The translations under genes and the position numbers were made by a program. From Blepharisma stoltei ATCC 30299 (taxonomy: Eukaryota > Protista > Ciliophora): a DNA stretch of 64,000 nt. The stretch is from contig CBFDEM010000062.1 of NCBI GenBank assembly GCA_965603825.1, forward strand, positions 124,001 to 188,000. The letters are read 5' to 3'. The notes beneath the pieces are model-generated. The model saw nothing but the letters and a program-made list of their open reading frames with translations. It was not told the DNA's origin and did not search any database. Each line of letters starts with the position of its first letter. The first letter of the stretch is position 1. Shown here piece after piece: positions 33,882 to 46,885 of this stretch.

Positions 33882-34262
33882 TTATCTCGTAGTAGGGCTC
33901 GGTGATCTCTGATAAGAACTCTTTTTTACGATAGAGTAGCTTTTATGTGTTGGAGGCCTTAATGATCTTGGAGCTGAATTCGTCCTAGAAAACGACCTTT
34001 GAAAATTAGAATTTTCTAAACTTTCCTGCCTAGACGATGATGTTAAAAACATTCTTTGACGTGAAGGGCTTCTATTAGAGCACTGCGACCTTGTCAAAGG
34101 TCCATCAGCCCTTGAATGCGGCACAATCTTCGGAGCTTTAATAGTTTTCGTGAACTGCGAGGCATATTTCCCAAACGGATTTGTTATATACGGAGTCTGC
34201 AAATTTTCTCTCAGCACAAATCTCGTTTTTTGTGTCTGAGTAGAGCCGTAATTTCTTGACAT
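33882..34262 (-). CDS. Basic Ser/Arg-rich hypothetical protein, 126 aa
   Basis: Open frame with coding-like GC; ATG preceded by TAATAA. Confidence 0.6.
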   Translation of the reverse strand: MSRNYGSTQTQKTRFVLRENLQTPYITNPFGKYASQFTKTIKAPKIVPHSRADGPLTRSQCSNRSPSRQRMFLTSSSRQESLENSNFQRSFSRTNSAPRSLRPPTHKSYSIVKKSSYQRSPSPTTR

Positions 34263-34287
34263 TTATTAAGACAACCTAAGCTTTTAG

Positions 34288-35712
34288 TTAAAATAAGAAA
34301 ACTCCTCCAGACTCTTGTTTTTCTTTGTAAAATGCTTCGAAATACTGATAAATAATAGTCACTGCGAGAAGAATTCCAGTCCCTGAACCAATCGCTCCTA
34401 GTAAATCAGCCACAATTGTAAGAGCACCAATGCACATTCCTCCGAATGCTGCAGCGTTAGGGATATATCTGTTAAGCGTCTTCACCATACTTTCATATCT
34501 GTGGCCTTCTAAGAACATCTGTTGGTCTCTTAGCTGTTTTGCGACGTCTCTTGCTGAGCTTCCGCTTACTTCAATCCACGTTTTTGAGAAAAGGGCACAT
34601 GAAGACAGCACAAAGACTACATATACAATTGCGTGGATAGGGTCAGTCACAATGTCTCCAAATTCTCTAGGTGGAGAAATATAATAAGCCAGCCCACCAA
34701 CAGGAATTGAGTAGCCTTGGTCTAAATCTTGCCACTGTCCAAGAAGCCATACAAGTGTAAATGTCCTGTATCTTTTATAGAGGATTTGAGAAAAGAAATA
34801 GAGATTGGACACTAGGGCAGTTTGTAAAATAATTGGGATATTGGAGGTATAGAACAGCTTGATTGGATATGTCCCTTGATGGCCTCTTACCTTGCTTGAT
34901 CTAATGCTTAAGTCAACTTTAAAGCCTTGGAAATAAATGACAATCAAGAAAATAAACACAGTCGCCAATAAACTCATAATATTTGGGGCATTTGACCTGT
35001 AAAAAGCTTCTTTAAGGGCTTGAATCTTATTAGTCCTCGTAATAAGCAGATGGAAAAGCGCTATAATGGCTCCCTCAAATTCCATCCCTCTCGACGTCGT
35101 AATTGTGGTAGGACTAAAAGCCCTCCATACAATATTTTCACAAATATTTGTAGCTATAAATAAAGAAATCCCAGACCCTAATCCGTAGCCTTTCTGTAAA
35201 AATTCATCAAGAATAATCACAATGACTCCAGCTAAAAAGAGCTGAATAATAATCATAATAGCGGTGACTGCGCCAATGTCAGAGATATTCCCATACATCC
35301 CACTGACGACGTAAGCGACTGCTTCTCCAATTGTAATGAGCATGCCGAATAGTTTTTGGGCGCCTTGAAAGAGTGCTCGGTCTTCTTTTAAGCTTTGGTC
35401 GACGTCAATTATTTTTGAGCCAGCTAAAAGTTGCATGATCATGCTAGAAGTGACGATTGGGGAAATGCCGAGCTCCATTAGTGTGCCACGGTTGCTGGCC
35501 ATAATTACTCTGACCCAGTAGAGAGGATCTGCGTTGCTGGATGTGGAAATCCCAAAGAGAGGGATTTGACAGCAGACGAGGTAGATAAATAAGGTAATTG
35601 CGGTCCAAACTAGCTTGTCTCGGAATTGAACACGACGCATTGGGTTTGATACTTCAGGAAGGACACACATGAGTGGTCTGATCAGAGTAAGAAATCGGAC
35701 TTTCTCGCTCAT
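34288..35712 (-). CDS. SEC61A: Protein translocon Sec61 alpha
   Basis: [76 protein letters not shown]. Confidence 0.99.
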   Translation of the reverse strand: MSEKVRFLTLIRPLMCVLPEVSNPMRRVQFRDKLVWTAITLFIYLVCCQIPLFGISTSSNADPLYWVRVIMASNRGTLMELGISPIVTSSMIMQLLAGSKIIDVDQSLKEDRALFQGAQKLFGMLITIGEAVAYVVSGMYGNISDIGAVTAIMIIIQLFLAGVIVIILDEFLQKGYGLGSGISLFIATNICENIVWRAFSPTTITTSRGMEFEGAIIALFHLLITRTNKIQALKEAFYRSNAPNIMSLLATVFIFLIVIYFQGFKVDLSIRSSKVRGHQGTYPIKLFYTSNIPIILQTALVSNLYFFSQILYKRYRTFTLVWLLGQWQDLDQGYSIPVGGLAYYISPPREFGDIVTDPIHAIVYVVFVLSSCALFSKTWIEVSGSSARDVAKQLRDQQMFLEGHRYESMVKTLNRYIPNAAAFGGMCIGALTIVADLLGAIGSGTGILLAVTIIYQYFEAFYKEKQESGGVFLF

Positions 35713-35919
35713 TTTTATGGTGAAAAGAAGAAATTAAAAAGCTTTTGAAGATTTGCAGGATTTTTGGTTTCCTTAAAAATCAAGTAATTATTGAGGAAAA
35801 AAGTGCTAAAAAATAAGATTTTTTAAAAATCTATTATAAGAATCAAAAAAAATGAGAAATTTATTATAAAAACATCTTAAATTACCCAAACTTCTTTTTG
35901 GACTATTATTAATGTCCTT

Positions 35920-38163
35920 ATGATCAATTTCTCAGAATTTAAATCTCAAGTTAAAATGGCAAAGAAAAGTGTAATTCAAGAACTCTACCCTCACCTTTTT
36001 GAAGAAAAAGAGCAGGCTCAATCTATCATCAATTCTATGCTAAAAATCGAAGACGAAGCCTCGTCAATCAAAGAACGAGCCACTGGCAAAAAACAAAATT
36101 GAACCCCAAGTGACGACTATAAAGAAAATGACGACGATTTTGCTATTGCTTACCGCGTCATGGAATCCTACAAAAAAGAACAAAAAGACAAAGAAAAGCT
36201 TGACAAAGCTAGATCAAATTCAAAAAAAGTATATCGGGAGTTCGATCCTAGGCCAGCTATGGAAGAAAGACATCAAAAAGTATTAAAACAGCGACAACAG
36301 AGGCTAGAAAACCAAAATTTAATAAGTGTAGGCTCCAAACTAGAAATGCTCAGAGAAGAACGAAGAAAATTCCAAGAAGAAATTTCTCCTGATGAGCTTG
36401 AAGCTATGAAACAATTAGTAAAAAAAGAAGCTGAAGAAATAAGGCAGCAAGATTTAATCAGAAAAAAACATGAGCGTGCTGCAGAGGAAAGAGAAAGAAT
36501 GGCTGTACAAAAGCAAAATTTGGCTAAAGAAAAAGAAAGAATTGAAAAGAATTTTTTGGAATTCAAAGTAAAACAAATTTATACAAAAATCCTGAACACA
36601 ATAAACTCAGATGAGAGGAAAAATGTGAATTGGGCTTTTAAGCAGATTTTAAGCTATACAATAGAGCTAAAATCAAAAATGATAAAAATTGCAAGGAAAT
36701 ATAGGTTTAAAAGAATCAATAAATATATGGCGAGATGGAGAAAATATGTAAAAGATTTTGAAATTCAAAAAGAGCTGGAAAGGCAGAGGATTGAGCAGGA
36801 AAAAATGCAGTTTTTAAATGATACTGCAGATAATCAATATGAAAGCTGGCTATTAAGGAGAGGATTGATAAGCTGATGCAAGTTTATGAACCAGTTGAGG
36901 ATTGAAAGAGAACAAGAAGAAGAGGAAATTAAGAGAAAAGAAAAAGTTGAAAGGCTGATGGAATTTGTAAGACAAAGAGCTGAAGAAGAAAAGGAATTAA
37001 GGATACAACAAGAAAGGAAAAAACAAATTGAAATTGAATGGAGAAAACAACAGCAACTGATTGAGATGATTGAAAAGAGAAAAATAATGGAATATGAAGA
37101 ATCCCAAAAGAGAAACCAGGGTGTTAGTCAGCCAAAAATTGATGCCGCAATAGATACACCAGTTATTTTTGAAGAAGCGGCAGTTCAAGCTTCTTTTGAT
37201 GAAAATCGAGAATTTGTGATTCTGCAACAAGAAAATCAGCAAAGGACTGAGCCAGAGAAAATTGTTATTGAAGAAGAAATATCATACCAACAATCAGAGT
37301 CGCCGACACAAAATAAAAAACCTCAAAAAGTACCTAAAGAGCTTGCAAAAATGAAACAAAGAGAAGAAGAACGTAAAAAAAAGCGCGAAGCACTTGAACA
37401 AAAGTATAAAGAAAAAAGGATTAAAGAGGAACAAGAAAAAAAAGAAAAAGAGCTAATAGCACTTGCAGAAGAAAAGAAGAAGAAAAAAGAGATTATTGAA
37501 AAAAAGAAAGCTGAAGAAAGGCAGAAAAAAGAAGCAGAAGAAAAAAAGAAACAAGCTTTGATGGAACTAAAAGAAAAATGTGAAAAATCTGATAAATTTT
37601 ACTATTTCAGCTTGGTGGCCAAAATGATTAAATTCTGGAAAATGTATTGCAGCAATGTGAAAGAAGCAAAAATAAAAGCTGAGGTATTTGGAGAAAGAGC
37701 TATAAAGAAGCTTATTTTAAGATATTTCATTGAAGGAATCGCGGTTTCAAGGCAGGAAACTCAAGAAATTGATCGAAGAAGGATGGATTTTGCATATGAG
37801 CACTATTTGATGAGACTTAAAAGCTGCGTTTTTCTAAATTTTATACGAAATCGAGACGATCATATGGAAAGGGAGCTCGAAATGGCCCAACATCATGATA
37901 AATACCTTTTAAGAATTTCTATTCAGGCATGGGCAGAAGCTAAAGAGGTCCTCAAAGAAGAAAGGATTATTCAAGAAAATAAAGATAATCAAATAGCTTT
38001 GAGATTTAGATTGAAAAAGTTAGGACCAAAAGTAATTAAAACTTGGAAAGAAGCTGTTGAAGAAGAAATTGAAAAGAAACTGAAAGACCAGCATACACAA
38101 GCAATGTGGGATAAAGTGCAGGGGTGGCTGAAGCAGCCTACAACGCAGTATGAAGATGATTAA
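35920..38163 (+). CDS. CCDC191-like coiled-coil protein, about 747 aa
   Basis: Three track ORFs in one frame via two TGA; DPRPAMEERHQKV motif, periodic Trp helices, E/K-rich tract. Start codon uncertain. Confidence 0.65.
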
Positions 38164-38300
38164 TGCCTAGTATTTTCCATTGTTTTCATATATCAGAACC
38201 ATTTTAAATTTTAACAATAAGATCTTGTTTTTAAAAACTAGCCTTAATTAAGTTAATTTTTGTTTAAAAAAAATCATGCATAATTTATAAGATTTGATAT

Positions 38301-40019
38301 ATGGAAAAAGTAAAAGCTTACTTGATTACCAGTCTAGGAATCGACTTATTATTCCTTGTTCTAGTATTAATCAGCCTCCATCTATCATTTTTCGCACTAG
38401 GGGTAATACCAAATTAGGATTACGACATCTCGCTTACAGAAATCTCCACGAAATTTGAAATTAACCTTGGCAGAGCATACTGTTCAGTTACATTTGAAGA
38501 ATTTCAACAATCATCATGCCGACTAATAGATTACCCGATTGATATTATATGTGACCTCAAAAATAATTTAGAAGGAGCAGGCATCGTTTATATTATCTTT
38601 TCGCTTTTATCTATTATATCATTACTTTTCAGTGTACTACATTTTATACTAATTTTGATTGTAAAAATCAAGCCGTTCCCTTTCTTAAGTTATAGCCACA
38701 TCACGTCAGCTCCTGCTTATATATTAGGTGCAATTTTTTATATATTAATCAGTACTTATTACTCGATTTCAGATACTAAAATCGGCCCAGGAATTCTTTT
38801 AGTATATATAATCACTGCTATAGCTCTACTTCAAATATCGCTTTACTTTTATATAAAACTTTTTAAGGACTGAAACTCAGCTGACATTATGAAATATGCT
38901 GTAATTGATGAGCAAGTTAAAGCCGAAGATGGAACTGAGATGAATTTCACACATAGTGAAATTTTTAGGTCAAAATTTAATGAATTATCACCGAGGTATG
39001 AAGAATTACAACAGAAATATGAAGAAGAAACAAAGCTAACATCGTCACTTAAACAAGAAAAAATGCAGGAGTTTCGAAGATCAAAGCTAATTGAAGAAAG
39101 AAAAGAACAGGAAATGGTGCAAATGAAGGGTGAGTTGTTGAGGATTGAGAGAGATAGAAACGAAGCAAGGGAAAGAATAAAAATAAATGAAGAATCTATT
39201 ATGAAATTGAAAAAAATAATTTTTGACTTGGAAAGTGAGAAAAGAATAGCGGAAACTAACCAGATTGATGGAAACAATATATATGGAACCCAAAAAAATA
39301 GCCAATATGAAGAAGCTGAGATCTCTAGTACAAAAATGCTTATCCAAAAAATAAAAGAATTGGAAAAAGAAATAGATTTAAAGGATAAAGAGATTTTGAA
39401 ATTAAATTCAAGCGCAAATGAGGTATCTTTTGAGAAAGAAAGTGCTCAATTATTTGATTCTGAAAGCAGCAATATTAAATCTTATCAAAACTTAGAGCCA
39501 GAAACTAATGATTTGGTTCTAAAATATAAATCAGAAAGTGAATATTTGCAGCAAACATTAAATCAATTGTCAGACGAAAGAAAAATGGTGATAAAAGAAA
39601 ATTTAACTCTTTTAGAAAATGTATTAAAAGCGCAGAAAACTATAGATGAAACAGATCTAAAGCTAGGATTATTAAATTCAGAAATTGCAAGCTTGAAAAA
39701 TCAAATTTATGATTTAAATTTGCAAAATAGTAAAAATGAAGAAAAAATAGTTTTATATGCAGAAATTATTAAAAATCAAGAAAATCAAATTTTGATGAAA
39801 AATCAAGAAGCAGCTTCAATGAGAGAATTGGTGGAAAGTAAAGAAACAGAATTAGTAAATATTTTGAAGGAAGCCGAAGATTATAAGAATAAAGTGGCTA
39901 AATTAGTTGAAGAGTTGAGCAAAGCAGAAATAGAGAAAAATGAAATAATGAATACTTTGACTGATTTGAGACTAGAAAATCAAGGCTTGATGGAAGAAAG
40001 TGAGAAGCGACAAGGCTAA
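38301..40019 (+). CDS. Four-TM (claudin-like topology) protein with long C-terminal coiled coil, 567 aa; intron 38403-38417
   Basis: ATG 38301, TM1, intron, Cys-containing loop, three more TMs, TGA 38871, then coiled coil. Confidence 0.72.
38403..38417 (+). other. 15-nt intron
   Basis: GTAATACCAAATTAG, phase 0. Confidence 0.83.
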
Positions 40020-40113
40020 ATATTTTCATTTTTATAGTTTGAATGATCTGTAACTCATTAGTAATTTATAGCTGTTTAAGTAATTCATTATTAATTATTT
40101 TATTTTTAGAGTA

Positions 40114-40752
40114 TTAAAAGATAAATTGATCTCTGCTTTCTATATATGAAATTAATTCAGGAGATGAATCCAAAAACCTATAAGTCCATTCCATAAGTGT
40201 TGGCGCGCACTGCTCCACCATAAGTCTATAAATTTCAGCTTTCCCAGGCTTTAAAAAATAATCCCACATGAATTGAAAAACAATAAAATCAGCAACAGTT
40301 AATCTTTTCCCTACAAAGCAATCTTTTCCTTCATTATTTTTTGAAAGTCTGGCTTCAAATCTTCTAAGTCATTTCGGCACAATTTCATGAATAATCCTTT
40401 CTTTATTTTCAAGGTCATTTTTTATTGCTAATTTTGTAAAATTTTTGTTAACCCCAATAATAAATTCACATATAGAGTCTACAAGATATTTTTCCATTCA
40501 ATCATCAGGCATTATTCCGATTTCATTTGCTAAATATCCAAGAATAGAATAGCATTCTGAATAGTTTTCGTTATCTATTTCCAAGACTGGTAATTTTCCT
40601 ATCCTAACAAAACTATTATGCTTTAGATGACTCCAATCTTGAAAGCTTATTTGGTTATCTCGAAAAGGAATATTAAAATAATGAAATATCATTCTTATAG
40701 GCTCAGCTGTACCATAAATATTGAAATAGTGAAGAGTAATTTCACCTTCCAT
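40114..40752 (-). CDS. Glutathione S-transferase (sigma-like), 212 aa
   Basis: LHYFNIYG.AEPIRM, GKLPVLEID, FVG..LTVADF; two TGA; TAA at 40114-40116. Confidence 0.88.
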
Positions 40753-40921
40753 GGGAATTATAATCTGATATATCAGATAAAAATGGAATTTATGGAGGAC
40801 TAATAATACTTTATTATAAATAGATTAAATAATAATTTTCATAATTTATCATTATCGCCTTTAGATTTCATTTCAAGATAATCCTCTTTTCACTATCAAA
40901 TTTAATATGGAAATTTTTAAA

Positions 40922-42118
40922 TTAGGGGCAAGCACTTTTTAAAGCATTTGCGAATTTTTCAACTTCAGCTTTTAGGTCTATATGATTTTTAAGCATCCTG
41001 AGAATATCATTATTTGGCAGATCAAGAATCATTGTAGTTATTTTAGCTGCTGTATCAGAAGGTGCTAGCGCCAAGACCAACGGATATAAATGTTCTCCCA
41101 ATATTTGCTTATGACTATTATTCGGATATTTTGATAAATCTGGAATTATTAAAGACACAGAACTCACCATAAAAGCCAGATTTTCCAAATTATTATTCGA
41201 GTCAAGATTTTCTGCCTTTTTGAGCCACACAAAGTCTGATTTATCAATTTCTTTTCTCCTTATTGCTTCTTCATAATTAATTTTCACGCTGCAAGCAATA
41301 ATATTAAAATTTTTTACAGTTGGGATTTCTTGGAAAAAATTCTCTTCCAATTCTCATGAAATTTGTTCAGCAGTGCTTGCAGAGTCAAATTTTTGTATAT
41401 CTTCATTGACCTTTTTCAGCTCTTTATTGCATCTATTCACTGTTGTATTCAAATTTTCCCCAATTTTCTTTATTTCTTGGACTTCTTTTAAGCTTTTTAT
41501 TGCGGTTATGCATTTTTCAGTCCCTTCTTTAATTTCGTTTATCAATGAGGTTTCTGCGGCTTTAAAAGCTTGTATATGTTCATCCACAACTTTTTCGATA
41601 TGTAATAAATATGGTCCTAAATTATTTAAGGAATTCTGATATTTATCCCTAATATTGATAATCTTATCATGGAATTCAAATAATTTTTTTTTAGATTTTT
41701 CTGCCTTTAGCCTTGATCTGTTGTCATTGAGTGAATAAAAATCATGGCTTAAGTGTTTAAATACACAATCGACACATAATAATGCAGAATCATTTTGGCA
41801 ATATGCGATAACTTCTTGGTTGTGGATTTCACACATTGAAATTAAAGAGCCTTCTTCTACTATATCTAATAATGCATAATTCACCCTAAGTTTTGATAAG
41901 TAGCCAAGATTTGTGCTTGTTTTATCAAATGGACACTGTATAGATCGGCCTTTTATTAAGGATTCTGCGCACATAAGACAGATAGTGTGGCCACAGTCCA
42001 AAAGTTTAGGAAGCCGAGAATAAGTGTCATATGGATATGCGCAAATTTGGCATGCTGGAAAGTCGTTAATTTGTTTGCGGTATATTGCTTTTGAAGGTTT
42101 TTTGTTGTCGACACTCAT
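40922..42118 (-). CDS. RING + B-box + coiled coil (TRIM-like) E3 ligase with C-terminal MLLE/PABC domain, 398 aa
   Basis: CQIC...CGHTICLMC...CPFD; CEIH...YCQND..LCVDC..KHLSH; one TGA at 41354 joins to KQILGEHLYPLV...AAKITTMILDL. Confidence 0.82.
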
Positions 42119-42805
42119 TTACAATTAATTAAAAATGTCATCAGAATTCTCAATAATGTGCTGGATTTGGCACAAGTAAAAATCTATTATTATAATCTGA
42201 CTAATTTAATGAAAAGTATGAGCTTTCCAGGAAAAAATGTGTTTATTAGTAATTCCGCGATCAGTAAATTATCTTAAAGAAAACCATTTAAATGTTGAAT
42301 TTCGAATTAAATCTACCAAGAAAAATTTATTTTACTTTTTGATAAGTAAGCTTGTAAAATTTCAGATTTTTTGGACTGCTTTTTTATTGATAATAAAATA
42401 GAAGGCTAGATGAAATGGCTTTTAAGTGATAAAATTAGCTGAGGATTTGAATTTTCTTAATAACTCTATCCACATGATTTTTTAATTTCTTCCACGTAAA
42501 TTAACACTTTTTTAATTTTTCGAATTTACATTAGATTTGATTCTAAGTTTTGCTATACAATAGTTTTAAATTCTGATGTAAAATTTTACCAAAAATAAGG
42601 AAGCTTTAAATAGGAAAAAAATCCAGCAAAATGGCGTTTTTTAACCTATCACTTGCTTTATTACTGAATTGCTCTGATTAAAACTTAGCTTCAGCTGAAA
42701 TAGATGCCCTTAATCATTCATAAAGAAAGCCCAAAAACATTATATAAATCCCAAAAATTTTAAAAAAAAATAATTTAATGATATTATCAAGTATTTGCTC
42801 ATAAT

Positions 42806-43384
42806 CTAATTGAAATCTTCTCTCCTACCCTGTGAATCATAAATTAGCGCTTCCATAGACATTCTCTCAATGCATGGTCCACTAAATAACCCGAAATCTG
42901 ATTTATATGTATCAATGAAAAACTCTTCTTCGTTGATAACCATCTCATTTACTGTTTCATCCTCAACACAGCAGGCAATTCTCGGCGAATTTTCTGCTGT
43001 CGAATTTTTGCCAAAATCAGACAAATAATTCTTATCATATGCATCCAAATTTTCCGCTGCATTTAATTCAGTATTTTCCCCTTCAGTATCTAATCCTACG
43101 CTTGTGTTAATTTTCATATTTGTGTGTCTCCTTACTTTTCGCCTTTGTTTTTTTGGTTTCCCATGTTTGCTGACATTCTTTTTTGGTAATTCTTCTTTCT
43201 TAATTAGACTATCCCAAATAATTTGGGAATAGCCTAAAATACAGGACTGGATAACTAAAAATAGTTGATTCAGTTTTGCTTTGTGGTGATGGTCCAATAA
43301 ACAGTATACAATCAATCCAAAAAATAAAAAGATAATTGTAAACATTTCAAGCTCCGACGTGTACATTTTATATTGCGAGTTCAT
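42806..43384 (-). CDS. Hypothetical membrane-anchored protein, about 192 aa
   Basis: First ATG at 43384; N-terminal TM, basic then acidic tracts. Confidence 0.6.
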   Translation of the reverse strand: MNSQYKMYTSELEMFTIIFLFFGLIVYCLLDHHHKAKLNQLFLVIQSCILGYSQIIWDSLIKKEELPKKNVSKHGKPKKQRRKVRRHTNMKINTSVGLDTEGENTELNAAENLDAYDKNYLSDFGKNSTAENSPRIACCVEDETVNEMVINEEEFFIDTYKSDFGLFSGPCIERMSMEALIYDSQGRREDFN

Positions 43385-43659
43385 TTTTATAATTTCTCCA
43401 ACAAAAATAATTTCAATTAGTTTTTTATTAATAATTTCTGTAAAATATAAAGAAATTATGATCAATTTGATTAAATCTTGGTTTTTTGAGCTTGCTTTTA
43501 TTTTATATAATTTATATAAGTTTTATAAATCTATTTCAGCATAGTTGGAAGCCTCAATATTGGTTATAGAAAAATGCTAATAGAAATTAATTATAACAGC
43601 TGAGCCTTGAAATTAAAAAAATACAATTGTTCATAAAGGACTTTTATGCAATAATTAAA

Positions 43660-44751
43660 ATGGCACAAAGCCTTATTCAAGATGCAACTAAAAAGCTAAA
43701 CAAAGAGATGGAATCAAAGTATAAAAAACTTCATGAAGACGCTTTAACAGTGTGGCAGAATAAAGAAATAAAATTTGACGTCCAAGTTATGCATCTTGGC
43801 TTACGAAAAGGAGAAGTTATGGTCGATGCAATTAATGGGGTAGAAGACACTAAAGGAAATAACGGCGAAAGAGGCTATCTTATCATTACAAATCTTAGAC
43901 TTATTTGGTTTGCTGAAAGAACACCAAAAACAAATCTGAGTGTCGGGTATGATTGTATAACAAATATTGAAATCAAGCAAACAAAATCAAAATTAAGAGG
44001 AAACGTCCAAGCTTTATATTTGAGGACAAGATTTAGAGACACCAGATATGAATTTATATATACCTCACTAATTGAGAATTCTCCCAGACTTTTTACGTCT
44101 TTTCAAAGCACATTAAGAAGTTATGACTCTACTAAGCTTTTCCGTGACTTCAAAATCAGAGGTGCCATAATCCAAGACAAAGAGCTAATCCTATTGCCAT
44201 CAGAGCAGGTTTATCATAAATATTCAGGAGTTTGGAACATCACAACAGAACAAGGCAATTTAGGCACAATGTATATTTCCAATATCCGTGTTGTATGGTT
44301 TGCTAATTTAGCTGAAAGCTTCAACGTTTCTTTGCCTCATATCCAGATCAAAGGGATCAAGAAAAAAGACTCTCAAGTCGGCCAAGCTTTAATTTTAGAA
44401 GCCACCAAAATTAGTGGAAACCATATTTTAGGCTTCAGAACTGAAAGAATTGACGAAATTTTTTCTGAAATAAACAGAATATGAAGAGTCGCAATAGAAG
44501 CCCCAATTTTAGGCATTGAAATTGCCCACCAAGAAGTCCAAGCCCCAGCTGAACAAGTGAGACAGCCACGAGTGCTTGATGATATTGAAATTGTGGAGCC
44601 TGAGTACGCAGGTCAGCAGCACGCAAGTGCAGCGTATTTTGTGAGCTCAGCATCTGCCTCACAAGAAGTGATTTTTTCACCAGAATTAGGCTTAGCGATT
44701 GAAAAGCCTCCAAATGGGATCTCTTTTGAGCAGCTGTGGAGGATTATTTAG
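43660..44751 (+). CDS. BBS5: BBSome subunit 5, 363 aa
   Basis: WQNKEIKFD, VEDTKGNNGERG..ITNLRLIW, GVWN...QGNLGT, ELGLAIEK...LW; one TGA at 44482. Confidence 0.96.
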
Positions 44752-44799
44752 CAGTAAATAAAATTTGATGTATTGAAGAATAATAAATTGAATTTAAAT

Positions 44800-46416
44800 A
44801 TGGTCCTTTCTCCTCTGGAAAACCAACTCAAAGAAGCTACAGAATGGTCTCTTAAAAGCTATCTGGTTTCAAATGCAGTTTTTTTAAGTGAAAGACTGTC
44901 TTCAGAGCCGTCTTCTACAACTGAAGATGAAGAGCTTAAACTTCATTTACTAGCAAAATGCTATTTGGCGGAAAGTTCTCCTTACAAGGTGGTTTTGATA
45001 TTAAAAAATTGTTCATCTGTGGAGAATTTGTATTTATACGCACTTGCGTGCTTTCAGACTACTAAGCTGGAGGAGGCTGAAAAGGCATTATTAAAATGCT
45101 CCTTACACACTTCAGCAGAAGTTAACTATCTATTAGGCCAAATTTGTGAGCGGCAGTCCAGAATCCAAGATGCAATTTCTTATTACTCCAAAGCCCTTAA
45201 CCTAAACTCCAACCTTTGGACTGCTTTTGAAAAACTATGTGAGCTGGGCTATTTCATTGATACCTCTATTTCTTTCAAGACAGACGAAAAATCAGAGCAC
45301 CTTTTCCCAGGGGAAAGCCCTTCAAACTTCCACCCTCTTACAGCTTCAAATTTTGGAAATTGGAGCCCTCCTCCTAAGCTAAACTCCCCTGCCCACAAAA
45401 CGCCCGCCAAAACAAGCAAAGATCTCAAACAGCTACTTGCAGAATTAGGGAAGGCTTATCAAGCTTTAAGCCAATATAACACAAATGAAGCTATGAATTT
45501 ATTAAAAGCGCTGCCAGACTCTCAAAAAAATTCAGGCTGGGCTTTGTGCCAAATGGGAAGATGCTGCTTTGAAAAGTACGACTTCGCTGGGGCTGTTGAA
45601 TATTTCCAAAGAGCTTTCCAAAAAGAGCCTCAGAGGACTGAGGACACCGATTATTATTCTTCAGCTTTATGGTACGAAAAAAAGAACTCAGAGCTCTGTT
45701 ACACTTTACATAATGCATTAAAAAATGCTTATTACGCTCCTCAGACCTGAGTGATAGCAGGAAATTTCTATTCTTTGCAAAAAGAAAGAGAAACTGCTAT
45801 TAAGTGTTTTACTAGGGCGATTCAGCTGAATCCTTATTATTCGTACGCGTATGCGCTGTGTGGGCATGAACATCTGGCTAATGAAGATTTTGACCAAGCC
45901 AGGTATCATTATGAGTCAGCTAATAATATAGACTCAAGACAATATACAGCTTTGTGGGGCTTAGGAAGCTTGTATTTTAAGCAGGAAAAATACACTCAAA
46001 GCTTACAGTGCTATAAAGCAGCAAGGTCAATTAACCCCAATTCCAGCATCATTCTTACATATTTAGGAGTGAATTATAAAGCAACTGGGCATTATGAAGA
46101 AGCCATCAATTGTTTTGAGTCTGCAATAAGAATTGATAAGAAAAATCCTCTCCCTAAATTCCAGCTTGGAATTCTGCTGTCTCAGCTTGACAGAGACCAA
46201 GAAGCACTTTCCCACCTAGAAACCCTCTGCCAAGAAAACTCCAGAGAGTCTCACCTATATATCCAAATAGGGAAAATCTATGCCAAGCTAGGACAGCCTG
46301 AAAAAGCGTTAAGGCACTATAATGACGCTCAAGAATTAAACCCGAAAAACCATAGCGAAATAAAGAATTTAATTGAGCAGCTCCATGGAAGCTCAAGTTT
46401 GCATATGATGCCGTAG
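44800..46416 (+). CDS. CDC27: Anaphase-promoting complex subunit 3 (TPR), 538 aa
   Basis: NAVFLSERL, LWTAFEKLCELG, PQT[TGA]VIAGNFYSLQKE, YAYALCGHE. Confidence 0.92.
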
Positions 46417-46445
46417 ATATAAGATAACAATTTAGATAATAATCC

Positions 46446-46865
46446 TTATTTAAATCCTCTAGGCTTCTTGTCTTGTTTGTCTTTTTTTTCTTGGTTTTCT
46501 TTATTTTCCTTCATCCAATAGTTGTAAGTTGAAGAAACAAACTTGTCGAGGCCTGTCAGTCGTTTCTTCTTAGCCATTTCTTCTCTGTTCTTGAGGATTA
46601 ATTCGTCTTGTCTTTCTAAAGCCTTTGATATTTTTTCAATTCTTATTGCTTTGTTTCTATATCTGGCAGGGATCTTTGGAGCTCTGTCATAGGGGTGACG
46701 GCCTGGAGCTTTAACTGGGTCATATTCCCATGGGACTCCAGCTTTGAGGAATTCTTTTCTAAGCACATTGCGATATCTTGCTGAAAGAGCGGCACGCATC
46801 CATTTCCCATTGACGAGGTTACCATAAAAAGCTTCAGGACTCAAGTATGCGAGCTTTGTCCACAT
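46446..46865 (-). CDS. Mitoribosomal large-subunit protein mL59-like
   Basis: GKW...LSAR.R..LRK...AG, then K..R...R...I..AL. Confidence 0.6.
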   Translation of the reverse strand: MWTKLAYLSPEAFYGNLVNGKWMRAALSARYRNVLRKEFLKAGVPWEYDPVKAPGRHPYDRAPKIPARYRNKAIRIEKISKALERQDELILKNREEMAKKKRLTGLDKFVSSTYNYWMKENKENQEKKDKQDKKPRGFK

Positions 46866-46885
46866 TTATATTTGATTAAAGAATA

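Noticed and set aside
33795-33884. 28 open codons after the TAA of the 126-aa ORF (possible readthrough)
   Set aside because: Plausible by chance with only two stop codons.
42209-42401. Possible short spliced ORF in the long spacer
   Set aside because: Needs a 16-nt intron ending AAG without the -6 A; product is low-complexity.
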